Shown: one piece after another, positions 30,422 to 40,132 of the stretch
Layout of the letters: each line of letters starts with the position of its first letter
Position numbering within the stretch: the stretch's first letter is position 1
Source of the DNA: a bacterium
GTDB taxonomy: Bacteria > Zhuqueibacterota > Zhuqueibacteria > Residuimicrobiales > Krinioviventaceae
Direction of reading: 5' to 3'
Length of the DNA stretch: 64,000 bases
Assembly (NCBI GenBank): GCA_963674595.2
Contig: CAXXFV010000008.1
Coordinates: 192,001 to 256,000 of the forward strand
Program-made: the position numbers and the translations under genes
Notes under the pieces: model-generated
Told to the model about the DNA's origin: nothing
Databases searched by the model: none
Seen by the model: the letters and a program-made list of their open reading frames with translations, nothing else

Positions 30422-32330
30422 TGGTTAGGTAATCCTTAATACGTTTATTTCTACGTCCTAATTGTTCTTCAATTCGACCCAATATACGCTGGGAATATCT
30501 TGCATATTCCGGGTCAAGGGTTTTAGCTTCCCTGTCCAAACCTTTTTCAACAATTTGTAAAAATTTATTAATTGTTGGTTTAGATATGGGGGTTGGAAAT
30601 GCGGCCCATTGAAGCAGCGCAGCTTCCATTTCTTCATGGTATTCTTTAAAAGGGTTTTCATTACAGTTTTTAAAGGGGTAAGGGTTTGCTTCTGATTGAA
30701 ATCCTTTTAGCGCCATTATTAGGGGTTGATAATCATAATCATAAGATAATCTTGGAAACTGATATTCTACAACAAAATTCCATCTTTTATCCTGGGTGTT
30801 TTTTTGGTGCCTGTTTAACCGTGAAATAAAAACACCAATATCCGGGTGCAAAATTTCGCCGCGAAAAATTCTCATTTCGCGCAGTTTGCCGTGAGAATCT
30901 TCACGAAGATCTCCACCCAAAAGTAAAAGACATAAATAGTATTCCGGATTTTCAAGCTTTTTAAAATCTTGTTTTTGTGATGTTTGTATGCTTAAGTGCA
31001 AGCTATGGGGCTTAACTTCAATAAAACGAACAGCAAGATCGATCAATTGAGATAGCACCCACGGGTCCTGCGTTGCCGGTTTTGAAACATCGCCCAGTAG
31101 TTTATAACGTCCAAAGGCCAGTTCCAAAAAACCACGGGTCCGGATATCCGTTGTGGTTAAAAATCCGTGGTCATCAACATGGGCGCCCAGTTTCCATCCT
31201 CTTCGCATGAGGTCAAAATCGTAAAAGTAATGAAAGCTGTCATATACTGAATCCGCACCTTCTTCTGCGGTAATTGCATTAACTCCCAGGTTTGAAAATT
31301 CCAGTTCTGCACCCAGCGGTGACCTGGAAACATGCCGATTCTCATTAACCCATTCGACAAGCCCGTCGGTCAGGTTTTTTTGAAAAAGCTGATCCGCGAT
31401 AAAAATTGCGGCAACAGCATAATCCGGGTAGGAAAAGGAGGGATCGAACCTGTCAATACCCAAATGACGCATGGCGATTCTTACCTGCTCATTTTGTTCT
31501 ACAATGAGTTTAAGACTCAGCAAAGCAGAAATACTGTGAAGGTAATAAGTGTCTGCTACATTCACATGGTATCTATATTGATTTCGGAATTTATCTTCCA
31601 ACTGGTTGAAAATCATAAATTTTACAGCCAATGCAATATAATTATCCGCATATTTTAAAGCTTTTTTATCGGATTTTATCCACGAAAGATCGGGAATACT
31701 TGCTTTTTCAAGTTCGTGCCTTATAATAAACGGCGGCAAACCAATGTCTTCAAAGTACTGACGCATTAAGCCATGCACTTCTTCAGACAATAATTCACGC
31801 GTCACCTTAAAAGGTAGGGCTTCCCTGTCCAAAACCATGTGACGGTCAGCACGTTCATTGAGATATTTTTCAACACTTTTTTCGATAAATTCATCTATGC
31901 GGTCTCTTTCTTTAAAGCCTTTTTTAAAATAGGGCTTTAAAGATTTTGGCCGGCCTATATATACATAGGCGTCTTTAAATTCATCTTGTATTTTAACTTT
32001 AACAATTTTTCTTTTAAATAATTTTCCAACGGCTTCATATTCATCCAGCTTGACCATTATTGAAGGCGTGACATCGTATAAAAGACGACCTTCTATTTTT
32101 GATCCGCGCCATTGCACCGCAAAAGGGAAACCCATTCGAGGTTGAATAAGCCGGTGATTATATAAAATAGCCGATTCTGCCTTTAAAATTTGACCTGTAA
32201 TAAGCTGAAAATTATTATCGTTGGTTAATGAACCATACACAAATAGAGCATTGACTTTAAGGGTATTGTTTTCAGATAAAGTTTCTTCCTTTGTCGGTTC
32301 AGTAATCGGATTTGAGCTGGTTATTGTCAC
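30390..32330 (-). CDS. Gamma-glutamylcyclotransferase (GGCT/AIG2-like) domain fused to a probable glutamine-synthetase-fold COOH-NH2 ligase domain
   Basis: N-terminal LFVYGSL, LDEYE and AYVY; C-terminal LGAELEF, VDDH, GFLEL, HSLHLSI and VVEYQFPR. Overlaps the upstream gene by 4 nt. Confidence 0.7.
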   Translation of the reverse strand: MTITSSNPITEPTKEETLSENNTLKVNALFVYGSLTNDNNFQLITGQILKAESAILYNHRLIQPRMGFPFAVQWRGSKIEGRLLYDVTPSIMVKLDEYEAVGKLFKRKIVKVKIQDEFKDAYVYIGRPKSLKPYFKKGFKERDRIDEFIEKSVEKYLNERADRHMVLDREALPFKVTRELLSEEVHGLMRQYFEDIGLPPFIIRHELEKASIPDLSWIKSDKKALKYADNYIALAVKFMIFNQLEDKFRNQYRYHVNVADTYYLHSISALLSLKLIVEQNEQVRIAMRHLGIDRFDPSFSYPDYAVAAIFIADQLFQKNLTDGLVEWVNENRHVSRSPLGAELEFSNLGVNAITAEEGADSVYDSFHYFYDFDLMRRGWKLGAHVDDHGFLTTTDIRTRGFLELAFGRYKLLGDVSKPATQDPWVLSQLIDLAVRFIEVKPHSLHLSIQTSQKQDFKKLENPEYYLCLLLLGGDLREDSHGKLREMRIFRGEILHPDIGVFISRLNRHQKNTQDKRWNFVVEYQFPRLSYDYDYQPLIMALKGFQSEANPYPFKNCNENPFKEYHEEMEAALLQWAAFPTPISKPTINKFLQIVEKGLDREAKTLDPEYARYSQRILGRIEEQLGRRNKRIKDYLTNAKKQPDQRY

Positions 32331-33721
32331 GTATTAATCTCTGGAAAATGATTGATAAATTGACCCATCATTTCTTCCGGAGAAATTGATGTAACACGGC
32401 CATGTTCGTATTGTTCTTCAATCCATTCAAATATTTTTGCAACACGGGGGTCGCGTTTGTCTACAAGCGGCAGCCCTTTTTTTTGCATCTGTTGATTTAC
32501 CCAGAAACCAACACCTGCAACTCCGGACCTGTCTGTCAGGTTTACACCGAGGGGTCTGTCCAATACTTTATTTGTATCAAATATATTGTAAATCTCTTCG
32601 TTTTTAATAACGCCGTCTGCATGAATGCCGGCCATTGTAACATTAAAACGTTCGCCGACAAAGGGATAATTATGCGGTATTTGCGTACCAATTTCACGTA
32701 AATAGTTGCCTATTTCAGTAATGGCGGTTAAATCCATACCATTGCTGGTACCGGTTAAGGATGCATATTCAACGGCCAGGGCTTCAATGGGTGAATTTCC
32801 TGTCCGTTCGCCGAAACCAAGCACCGTGCCATTAACAGCCGATACACCGGACAGCCATGCAGTGACAGAATTGATATGGACCTTGTGAAAATCATTGTGA
32901 CCATGCCACTCAAGCAATTCAGACGGAATGCCCACGTCGCGTTGCAGATAATACACGATTTTTCGAATTGAGCGCGGCAATGAAACGCCGTGGTAAGGCA
33001 ATCCATAACCCATTGTATCGCAGAGCCTGATTTTGATTTTGAGTCCGGTTTTGGCAGAAAAATTCATAAGCTGTTCGGCAAATGGAACAACCGTTCCCCA
33101 ATAGTCCGCCCGCGTAATATCCTCAAAATGACAACGAATTGCCTCCAGCCCAGCATCAGCCGCAGCCTGAACAACATTCATAAAAGCTTCCAGTACCTGC
33201 TGTCGTGTCTTTTTAAATTTCATAAAAATATGGTAATCTGATATCGATGTCAGCATACCGGTTTCTTTGATACCTACTTTTTTAACCAATTCAAAATCAG
33301 CCGGATTAGCACGAATCCAGGAAGTGACTTCAGGGAATTTATATCCTTTGTTTCTTACTTCTTCCAATGCTTCACGGTCTTTTTCCGAATAGATAAAGAA
33401 TTCCGATTGACGTATTATGCCGTTAGGACCGGAAAGTTTGTGAATCAGGTCAAAAAGTTTTGAAATTTGTTCAACTGTATAGGGAGGCCGGGCCTGCTGA
33501 CCATCACGAAAGGTTGTGTCTGTTATCCATATTTCAGAAGCAGGTTTAGCATCTACATATTCACCGTCAAATACTGTTTTTGGTATTTCGGAATATGGAA
33601 ACATTTCACGTTCCAGGTTTGGTTCTTCAGTATCTATAAGAGGGTATTTTAATTTTTTTCCTATTTGCCAAGGAGCATTATTAATAGACATTCCTAGATC
33701 TCCCTTTGTTGAGTTTATCAT
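32327..33721 (-). CDS. Re-citrate synthase-like enzyme (DRE-TIM metallolyase, LeuA/homocitrate synthase superfamily)
   Basis: ITDTTFRDGQQ, IRQSEFF, HFEDITRAD, CDTMG, EWHGHNDF, GFGERTGN and AGIHADG; no LeuA regulatory domain; cotranscribed with acnA and the icd-like gene. Confidence 0.8.
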   Translation of the reverse strand: MINSTKGDLGMSINNAPWQIGKKLKYPLIDTEEPNLEREMFPYSEIPKTVFDGEYVDAKPASEIWITDTTFRDGQQARPPYTVEQISKLFDLIHKLSGPNGIIRQSEFFIYSEKDREALEEVRNKGYKFPEVTSWIRANPADFELVKKVGIKETGMLTSISDYHIFMKFKKTRQQVLEAFMNVVQAAADAGLEAIRCHFEDITRADYWGTVVPFAEQLMNFSAKTGLKIKIRLCDTMGYGLPYHGVSLPRSIRKIVYYLQRDVGIPSELLEWHGHNDFHKVHINSVTAWLSGVSAVNGTVLGFGERTGNSPIEALAVEYASLTGTSNGMDLTAITEIGNYLREIGTQIPHNYPFVGERFNVTMAGIHADGVIKNEEIYNIFDTNKVLDRPLGVNLTDRSGVAGVGFWVNQQMQKKGLPLVDKRDPRVAKIFEWIEEQYEHGRVTSISPEEMMGQFINHFPEINT

Positions 33722-33799
33722 CTAAATATTCTTATCCCTTATGCTGAATAAAAGTCAGTATAAGGTACAAGATCGTTTTTTAACCGTTGTTTTAATTAA

Positions 33800-34489
33800 T
33801 CAGGGTTCCTGAACCTCAGTCAAGTATCGCAAGGCTTCGGAAAGTTGTGGATTATTGGGACTTAATTCAAGACCACACTTGTATGCATTAATCGCATCTT
33901 CTATTCTATTCAGGCGAAAGTATACATTGCCGAGATGGTAAAAAACTCGGGAATCATTTTTTGTTATGCCGGCTAACGTTTCAAGATGTTTCAACGCTTC
34001 CTGGTAACATTGTTCCTGAATACATGCCAAAGCAGCATGATAGTGTGCTACGGGGGATTCATTATTCTTTTCAAGCAGTGTTTCAAAAGCTGTTTTGGCT
34101 TTTTGATACATTCCTTTATGCCAGTAAGACAATCCAAGCCAATAATAGGCCATTAGAATTTCAGAGGATAAATTAACGACTTTGTTAAGAGCTGAGATAG
34201 CATCATCAAGATTGGCTTGTCGGTAATAAGATATGCCCAGGTAATAATAAGCATAAGGTAAATTGGGATTGACGTCAATTGCCTTTTTAAACACATTTAT
34301 TGCTGAACTGATTTTACCTCTTAGATAATATCCGTTACCAAGCATTAACAACGAGCGTAAATCTTTGGGCGACTTTTGAATGGTGTTTTCAAGTTGACGC
34401 ATTAATTCGTCAAGCTGACTGCCATCCATCAGTTCCATTGTTTCAACAAGATTTATGTTGTTTTTAACAGTCGACATGCAATACTCCAT
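33800..34489 (-). CDS. Tetratricopeptide repeat protein
   Basis: About five 34-aa repeats (LGNGYY...AINVFKKAI, LGISYY, LGLSYW, LGNVYF...AINAY). Confidence 0.9.
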   Translation of the reverse strand: MEYCMSTVKNNINLVETMELMDGSQLDELMRQLENTIQKSPKDLRSLLMLGNGYYLRGKISSAINVFKKAIDVNPNLPYAYYYLGISYYRQANLDDAISALNKVVNLSSEILMAYYWLGLSYWHKGMYQKAKTAFETLLEKNNESPVAHYHAALACIQEQCYQEALKHLETLAGITKNDSRVFYHLGNVYFRLNRIEDAINAYKCGLELSPNNPQLSEALRYLTEVQEP

Positions 34490-34600
34490 TTGTGGAAGGA
34501 TTTTCGTTTCTCAAACAACGGTTCATTAATTTATATAATGCTTTTAACGAGTTAATAATTCCCGATTTGAATGATGAGTGAGAAAAGAAAAAGCCTGTAT

Positions 34601-34629
34601 ATTATATAACCTTTGCAGATTAAAATCAA
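34601..34629 (-). promoter_or_regulatory. Sigma70-type promoter driving the TPR-to-Ldh_2 operon
   Basis: TTGATT-17 nt-TATAAT on the minus strand, about 110 nt upstream of the TPR start. Confidence 0.7.
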
Positions 34630-34741
34630 GAATTATTTATTTAATATAGCAGATGATAAGGATAATTTTTTATTGCATTTAAAATTCCGTTTCCATACTT
34701 TAGTTGAAAATTAAATATTTATCAATTTCAGGTTTGTGTAA

Positions 34742-35257
34742 ATGAAAGTTTTTATTCGTATTGCAATTTTGTTGTTATCGTTTTTATTTCTTTGGTGTTC
34801 AGCACAGCAAACTTCATTACAACCGGCTATGGATGAAACTCAAAGTAAAACCAATAAATACGATGAATCTTTTGATCCAATGACTTTGGAAGATTATGAC
34901 CTGGATGTTTCATCTTCCCAAAACAAGCTGGAACCTGCAAATATAAACAGTTTGTTAAAAAACAATATCATTAGTGATTCCAGTGGTGCAAACCAAACTG
35001 TAATGGGTTTTAGGGTGCAAATTGCATCAACACGTGATGAACAGGAAGCGCGTATTATAAAAAGAAATGCCATATTATTATTTCAAGAAAATGTCTATAT
35101 GTCATTTGATGATCCTTATTATAAAGTAAGAGTAGGGGATTTTATTTCCCGGTATGATGCAAATCGAGTGCATGAAAAGGTCATTGAAAAAGGTTTTCCT
35201 GATTCCTGGGTTGTACGATCCGAGATTAAATTGAATTCTTTAGACAATGAAGACTGA
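34742..35257 (+). CDS. SPOR-domain (peptidoglycan-binding) putative lipoprotein
   Basis: Signal ending FLFLW-C; C-terminal GFRVQI...YYKVRVGDF...GFPDSWVV. Confidence 0.85.
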   Translation: MKVFIRIAILLLSFLFLWCSAQQTSLQPAMDETQSKTNKYDESFDPMTLEDYDLDVSSSQNKLEPANINSLLKNNIISDSSGANQTVMGFRVQIASTRDEQEARIIKRNAILLFQENVYMSFDDPYYKVRVGDFISRYDANRVHEKVIEKGFPDSWVVRSEIKLNSLDNED

Positions 35258-35274
35258 AAATTGTACCAGAGTTT

Positions 35275-35316
35275 AAAAAAGGCCTGATTTTTTATTTGGA
35301 ATCAGGCCTTTTTTTT
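35275..35316 (+). terminator. Intrinsic terminator
   Basis: AAAAAAGGCCTGATT/AATCAGGCCTTTTTT inverted repeat. Confidence 0.88.
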
Positions 35317-35457
35317 ATTATATTTAGATTCGGTTAAAATGTGAATTTACTAATAATGTTTTTTATATGGTATTGTTTTTAAATAAATAAAGGCATGCTA
35401 AGTATTTATAAATCCCGTACACCTGTTCGTGTGGCGGGTTTGTTTTTAGGAGGATAG

Positions 35458-36207
35458 ATGTCAGGGCATTCTAAATGGAGTACAATCAAGCGTAAAAAAG
35501 GCAAAGCAGATGCTGAACGGGGGAAACTGTTTACAAGGCTAATAAAAGAAATTGCTGTGGCCGCAAAACATGGTGGTGGAGATGAAACCTCTAACCCGAG
35601 ATTAAGAACGGCCGTTCAAGCAGCAAAAGCAGCTAATATGCCGGCAGCAAATATTGATAAAGCCATCAAGCGCGGTACCGGCGAATTACCGGGTGTTATA
35701 TATGAAGAAATTGTTTATGAAGGCTACGGACCAAGCGGCGTGGCTATTTATGTTGAAACCTTGACGGACAATAAAAACAGAACTGTTGCTGAAATTCGTC
35801 ATTTACTGTCAAAATACGGCGGCAGTCTGGGTGAAAACGGAAGTGTTGCCTGGATGTTTAACAAGCTCGGCGTTATTACTATTGCAGAAGATCAAACCAC
35901 AGAAGATGATTTGATGATGATTGCCGTAGACGCCGGCGCTGAAGATATAGAATTTGAAGACCAGGTTTTTCGTTTAAAAATGCAGCCGACAAACCTGGAA
36001 GCTGTTAAAAAAGCACTGGAAGAAAATAATATTCAATATGAATCAGCAGAGCTTTCTATGGAACCGACGACTACTGTTAAGGTAGAGGGTAAAGCTGCTG
36101 AATCTTTGCTAAAATTAATGGATGCGCTTGAAGATCAGGATGACGTCCAAAATATCTTTTCAAATTTTGATATTGATGACAGCGTTATTGAAGCCTTGAG
36201 CCTTTAA
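35458..36207 (+). CDS. yebC: YebC/PmpR family protein
   Basis: MSGHSKWSTIKRKK, NPRLR, YEGYGP and TDNKNRT; sits upstream of ruvC. Confidence 0.96.
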   Translation: MSGHSKWSTIKRKKGKADAERGKLFTRLIKEIAVAAKHGGGDETSNPRLRTAVQAAKAANMPAANIDKAIKRGTGELPGVIYEEIVYEGYGPSGVAIYVETLTDNKNRTVAEIRHLLSKYGGSLGENGSVAWMFNKLGVITIAEDQTTEDDLMMIAVDAGAEDIEFEDQVFRLKMQPTNLEAVKKALEENNIQYESAELSMEPTTTVKVEGKAAESLLKLMDALEDQDDVQNIFSNFDIDDSVIEALSL

Positions 36208-36211
36208 CTTA

Positions 36212-36712
36212 ATGCTGATTTTAGGAATAGATCCTGGCAGTGTTTTAACGGGTTACGGTGTTATTAAAAGCGATAATACGAATGGTTATCTATGTTTGGA
36301 CTATGGCTGTATCCGTTCAAGCTCGAAACAGGATTTTTTCGAAAGATTAAAAAAAATATACGATCAAGTTTCTGCTCTTTGTCTAAAATATAAACCTGAT
36401 TATGTTGCTCTGGAAGATGTTTTTTATGGAAAAAACATAAAATCAACACTGCAACTCGGACAGGCCCGTGGTTCTGTTGTTATTGCTGCTTTGAATCATA
36501 ATGTAAAAATTAAAGCTTATTCTCCAAGAGAAGTGAAACAATCTCTAACAGGAAACGGATCTGCTTCAAAAGAACAAGTGCAAAAAATGGTAGTCGGCCT
36601 CTTGGGGTTGACTCAAACAAAAATCCCATTAGACGCTTCAGATGCATTGGCAATTGCCATATGTCATTCAAATCGCTTCTGGACCAATGAAAAATTGACA
36701 TCACAATTATGA
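36212..36712 (+). CDS. ruvC: Holliday junction resolvase RuvC
   Basis: ILGIDPG, EDVF, LGQARG, GNGSASKEQV and DASDALAIA. Confidence 0.96.
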   Translation: MLILGIDPGSVLTGYGVIKSDNTNGYLCLDYGCIRSSSKQDFFERLKKIYDQVSALCLKYKPDYVALEDVFYGKNIKSTLQLGQARGSVVIAALNHNVKIKAYSPREVKQSLTGNGSASKEQVQKMVVGLLGLTQTKIPLDASDALAIAICHSNRFWTNEKLTSQL

Positions 36713-37302
36713 TATCTTTTGTCCGCGGCATATTGACTGAAAAAACTCCAACCGCTGTTGTTGTAGAAATGAACGGATTTGGACTGTCTGTTTATATTTC
36801 TTTATCTACATTTGAAAAATTGTCTGAAATTGGCGATCAAGTCTATCTGCATACTCATTTTCATGTACGTGAGGATGCGATGGCATTATACGGATTTTCT
36901 TCACTGGAGGAACGTGAGCTTTTTCTTTTCTTATTATCTGTTTCAGGAATTGGCCCAAAACTGGCAATGGGAATTTTATCCGGAAGCAAGGTAAGTGAGC
37001 TATATCAAGCCATTGCCGATGGCAATGAAACCCGTTTGACAAAGATTAAAGGACTGGGAAAAAAGACAGCACAGCGTTTAATTATAGAATTAAAGGACAA
37101 AGCTGAAAAAAGAGTTGGTGAAACTGATATTACTGCTCCCGCACATTCAATATCCGTCGGGATGTTTGATGAGGTCCTTATGGCTATGATGTCGTTGGGT
37201 TATTCAAAGGCAGAAGCGGAAAAGTCTATAGCAAAAGCAACCCAAACGCTGGGAAAAGTTGAATCTATTGAAGATTTGTTACGCACAGCGTTAAATAGTT
37301 GA
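36709..37302 (+). CDS. ruvA: Holliday junction branch migration protein RuvA
   Basis: [25 protein letters not shown] and LGY motifs. Confidence 0.96.
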   Translation: MISFVRGILTEKTPTAVVVEMNGFGLSVYISLSTFEKLSEIGDQVYLHTHFHVREDAMALYGFSSLEERELFLFLLSVSGIGPKLAMGILSGSKVSELYQAIADGNETRLTKIKGLGKKTAQRLIIELKDKAEKRVGETDITAPAHSISVGMFDEVLMAMMSLGYSKAEAEKSIAKATQTLGKVESIEDLLRTALNS

Positions 37303-37315
37303 GGCATATTTTTTA

Positions 37316-38344
37316 GTGGAATTTACAGAAAGAGCAACATATCCTGAACCTTTGAATGGTGAAAACGAGTTTGAACTAAAACTGCGTCCCTCAAAATTAA
37401 ATGAATTTATTGGGCAGCAGAAATTAAAGGACAATTTGTCCGTTTTCATTCAGGCCGCAAAGGAAAGGGAAGAGGCTCTTGATCATGTTATTTTTCATGG
37501 ACCTCCGGGTCTTGGCAAAACAACGCTTGCTCATATTATATCTCAGGAACTTGGCTCAAACCTGAAAATAACCTCCGGCCCTGCTTTAGAGCGCCCGGCA
37601 GATTTAGCCGGAATATTAACAAATTTGAATGAGCGAGATGTTCTTTTTATAGATGAGATTCACCGTTTAAATCGTGTCATTGAAGAGTACCTGTATCCGG
37701 CAATGGAAGATTATTGTCTCGATATTATTATCGACAAAGGTGCAAATGCACGCACAATACAGCTCAAATTGCCCAATTTTACCCTTGTAGGCGCAACAAC
37801 GCGAGCTGGTTTAATTACATCACCGTTACGCGCACGTTTTGGTGTTTCTTTTCGTTTGGATTTTTATGAACCCGAGCATCTTCAGCTTATTATAGAACGT
37901 TCTGCGAAAATCCTTAATGTAGAAATTGGTCCCGAGGCAGCGTTTGAAATTGGAAAACGCTCCAGAGGAACTCCAAGAATCGCCAATCGCCTGCTGCGTC
38001 GGGTTAGAGATTTCGCGCAAATAGCCGGAAAAAGCCATATTTCAGTTTCTATGGCCCAAACTGCGTTAAACAAAATGGATGTTGACCATCGCGGTCTGGA
38101 CGAAATGGATAAAAGAATTATGACGGCGATTATCGAAAAGTTTTCCGGTGGACCGGTTGGTTTAAACACGCTTGCGGTATCGATTGGTGAAGAAAGCGAT
38201 ACTATTGAAGAACTTTATGAGCCATATTTAATTCAAATAGGATTTGTTAATCGAACGCCTCGTGGACGTATTGCCACAGCATTGGCTTTTGAACATTTTA
38301 ATTTTAAAAAAAGCAAAACACTGCAAAAAGGATTGTTCGATTAA
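37316..38344 (+). CDS. ruvB: Holliday junction helicase RuvB
   Basis: [38 protein letters not shown] and RTPRGR. Confidence 0.98.
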   Translation: MEFTERATYPEPLNGENEFELKLRPSKLNEFIGQQKLKDNLSVFIQAAKEREEALDHVIFHGPPGLGKTTLAHIISQELGSNLKITSGPALERPADLAGILTNLNERDVLFIDEIHRLNRVIEEYLYPAMEDYCLDIIIDKGANARTIQLKLPNFTLVGATTRAGLITSPLRARFGVSFRLDFYEPEHLQLIIERSAKILNVEIGPEAAFEIGKRSRGTPRIANRLLRRVRDFAQIAGKSHISVSMAQTALNKMDVDHRGLDEMDKRIMTAIIEKFSGGPVGLNTLAVSIGEESDTIEELYEPYLIQIGFVNRTPRGRIATALAFEHFNFKKSKTLQKGLFD

Positions 38345-38393
38345 AACAACTATATTTTGACACTGAATTCACTTAAATGGAGGTGACTGTGCG

Positions 38394-39422
38394 ATGAAAC
38401 TTTCCGATTTCAAATTCAATTTACCGGAAAAACTAATTGCTCAGTATCCCAGCGACAAACGAGATGAAAGCCGTTTGATGATATTAAAGCGGGAAAATGA
38501 GTCTATTGAACAAGGTGTATTTAAAGATGTTTTAGATTACATGGATGAAGGAGATTGCCTGGTTGTTAATGAAACCAAGGTGTTTCCTGCACGTCTTGAA
38601 GGCACAAAAGATAAAACAGATGCAAAAGTTGAAATTTTTCTTTTGCGTGAACTGGAACAAGGACTTTGGGAAGTTTTGGTCAAACCGGCCCGTAAAGTTC
38701 GTGTCGGTAACCGTTTAACAGTAGGCCAAAAACTGTTTTGTGATGTTATTGACAACACTGTTTCCGGCGGTCGTGTTGTTCGTTTCAACTTTGATGGAGA
38801 TTTTTATTCAATTGTCGAACAAATTGGTAAATCTCCGTTACCACCATACATTAAAAGAGAACCCGAACCCATTGATAAAGACCGTTATCAAACTGTTTAC
38901 GCCAAGGTACGTGGTGCCGTAGCCGCACCAACAGCGGGTTTACATTTTTCTCAGGAATTATTGGAAAAAGTCGTTGACAAAGGCATCCAAATTGTTCCCC
39001 TGGTTTTACATCTTGGCCTGGGAAGTTTCCGACCTGTTGTTGTCGAAGACCTTGGCCGTCATAAAATGGATTCCGAGTTTTTTGAAATTACAGAAGAATC
39101 CGCCGAAAAGGTAAACCAGACCAAGAAAAACGGTAAAAAAGTTATTGCTGTTGGTACCAGTGTTGTAAGAGCATTGGAAACCTGCGTAACATCTGAAGGT
39201 TGGGCCAAAGCAGGAAAAGGGTGGACGGATAAATTTATCTATCCTCCTTATGATTTTAAGATCGTTGACAGGATGATTACAAATTTTCATCTTCCAAGTT
39301 CAACCCTTTTAATGCTGGTTTCTGCTTTTGCCGATAGAGATTATGTCTTTAAAGCCTATCGTAAAGCCATTCGCGAAAAATATAACTTTTTCAGTTATGG
39401 CGATTCCATGATTATTATTTAA
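38394..39422 (+). CDS. queA: SAM:tRNA ribosyltransferase-isomerase
   Basis: LIAQYP, PLPPYI, RYQTVYA, AAPTAGLHF, TNFHLP and FFSYGD. Confidence 0.96.
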   Translation: MKLSDFKFNLPEKLIAQYPSDKRDESRLMILKRENESIEQGVFKDVLDYMDEGDCLVVNETKVFPARLEGTKDKTDAKVEIFLLRELEQGLWEVLVKPARKVRVGNRLTVGQKLFCDVIDNTVSGGRVVRFNFDGDFYSIVEQIGKSPLPPYIKREPEPIDKDRYQTVYAKVRGAVAAPTAGLHFSQELLEKVVDKGIQIVPLVLHLGLGSFRPVVVEDLGRHKMDSEFFEITEESAEKVNQTKKNGKKVIAVGTSVVRALETCVTSEGWAKAGKGWTDKFIYPPYDFKIVDRMITNFHLPSSTLLMLVSAFADRDYVFKAYRKAIREKYNFFSYGDSMIII

Positions 39423-39435
39423 TATATTTTTTGCT

Positions 39436-40131
39436 TTGAATAAACAGCAAATTGTAACAGCTATAATTGTTGCCGCCGGTTCCGGAAAAAGAATCGGCGG
39501 TCCAATTCCTAAACAATTTATCTCAATTAATGGACATCCTGTCCTTTACTGGACATGTCAAAAATTTGAGAACAGTAAGATTGTTAGAGACATTGTTTTG
39601 GTTTTGGCGGAATCCGATATTGCTGAATACCTGGATATGATACAAAAATGGCCTTTTGTTAAAATTTCTGCCATTGTTAAAGGAGGGAAAGAACGGCACC
39701 ATTCTGTTAAAAATGCTCTTGAGCATTTGGCCGCAGATACGGAATATGTCGCTATTCATGATGGCGTGAGGCCGTTTGTTTCCATTAACAGCATTTCCCG
39801 GGTTATTCAGGATGCTTTTGTACATAGGGCTGCTTTGTTAGGAGTGGTCCCTAAAGATACGATCAAGATGACCGCTGATGACAAAATTTCAAAAACCCTG
39901 GATCGACAACACCTCGTTGCTGTTCAAACGCCCCAGGTTTTTCAGCGTTCACTGATTCAAGAGGCCTATAATAAAGCATTTGCTGAAAATAATTTCAGCA
40001 CTGACGATGCTGCCCTGGTAGAACGATTGGGTGTTCCGGTTCATGTTAGTTTGGGTGAATATACCAATATTAAAATAACCGCGCCCGACGATATTTTAAT
40101 TGCTCATACCTTTTTGAAAGCAGGAAAATAA
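39436..40131 (+). CDS. ispD: 2-C-methyl-D-erythritol 4-phosphate cytidylyltransferase
   Basis: AAGSGKR, PKQF, IHDGVRP, QTPQ and NIKIT. Confidence 0.95.
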   Translation: MNKQQIVTAIIVAAGSGKRIGGPIPKQFISINGHPVLYWTCQKFENSKIVRDIVLVLAESDIAEYLDMIQKWPFVKISAIVKGGKERHHSVKNALEHLAADTEYVAIHDGVRPFVSINSISRVIQDAFVHRAALLGVVPKDTIKMTADDKISKTLDRQHLVAVQTPQVFQRSLIQEAYNKAFAENNFSTDDAALVERLGVPVHVSLGEYTNIKITAPDDILIAHTFLKAGK

Positions 40132-40132
40132 T

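Noticed and set aside
32327-33721. Leucine biosynthesis (leuA/leuB) interpretation of the synthase and dehydrogenase
   Set aside because: The synthase lacks the LeuA regulatory domain, there is no leuCD, and the partner is a full-length AcnA, so the citrate branch fits better.
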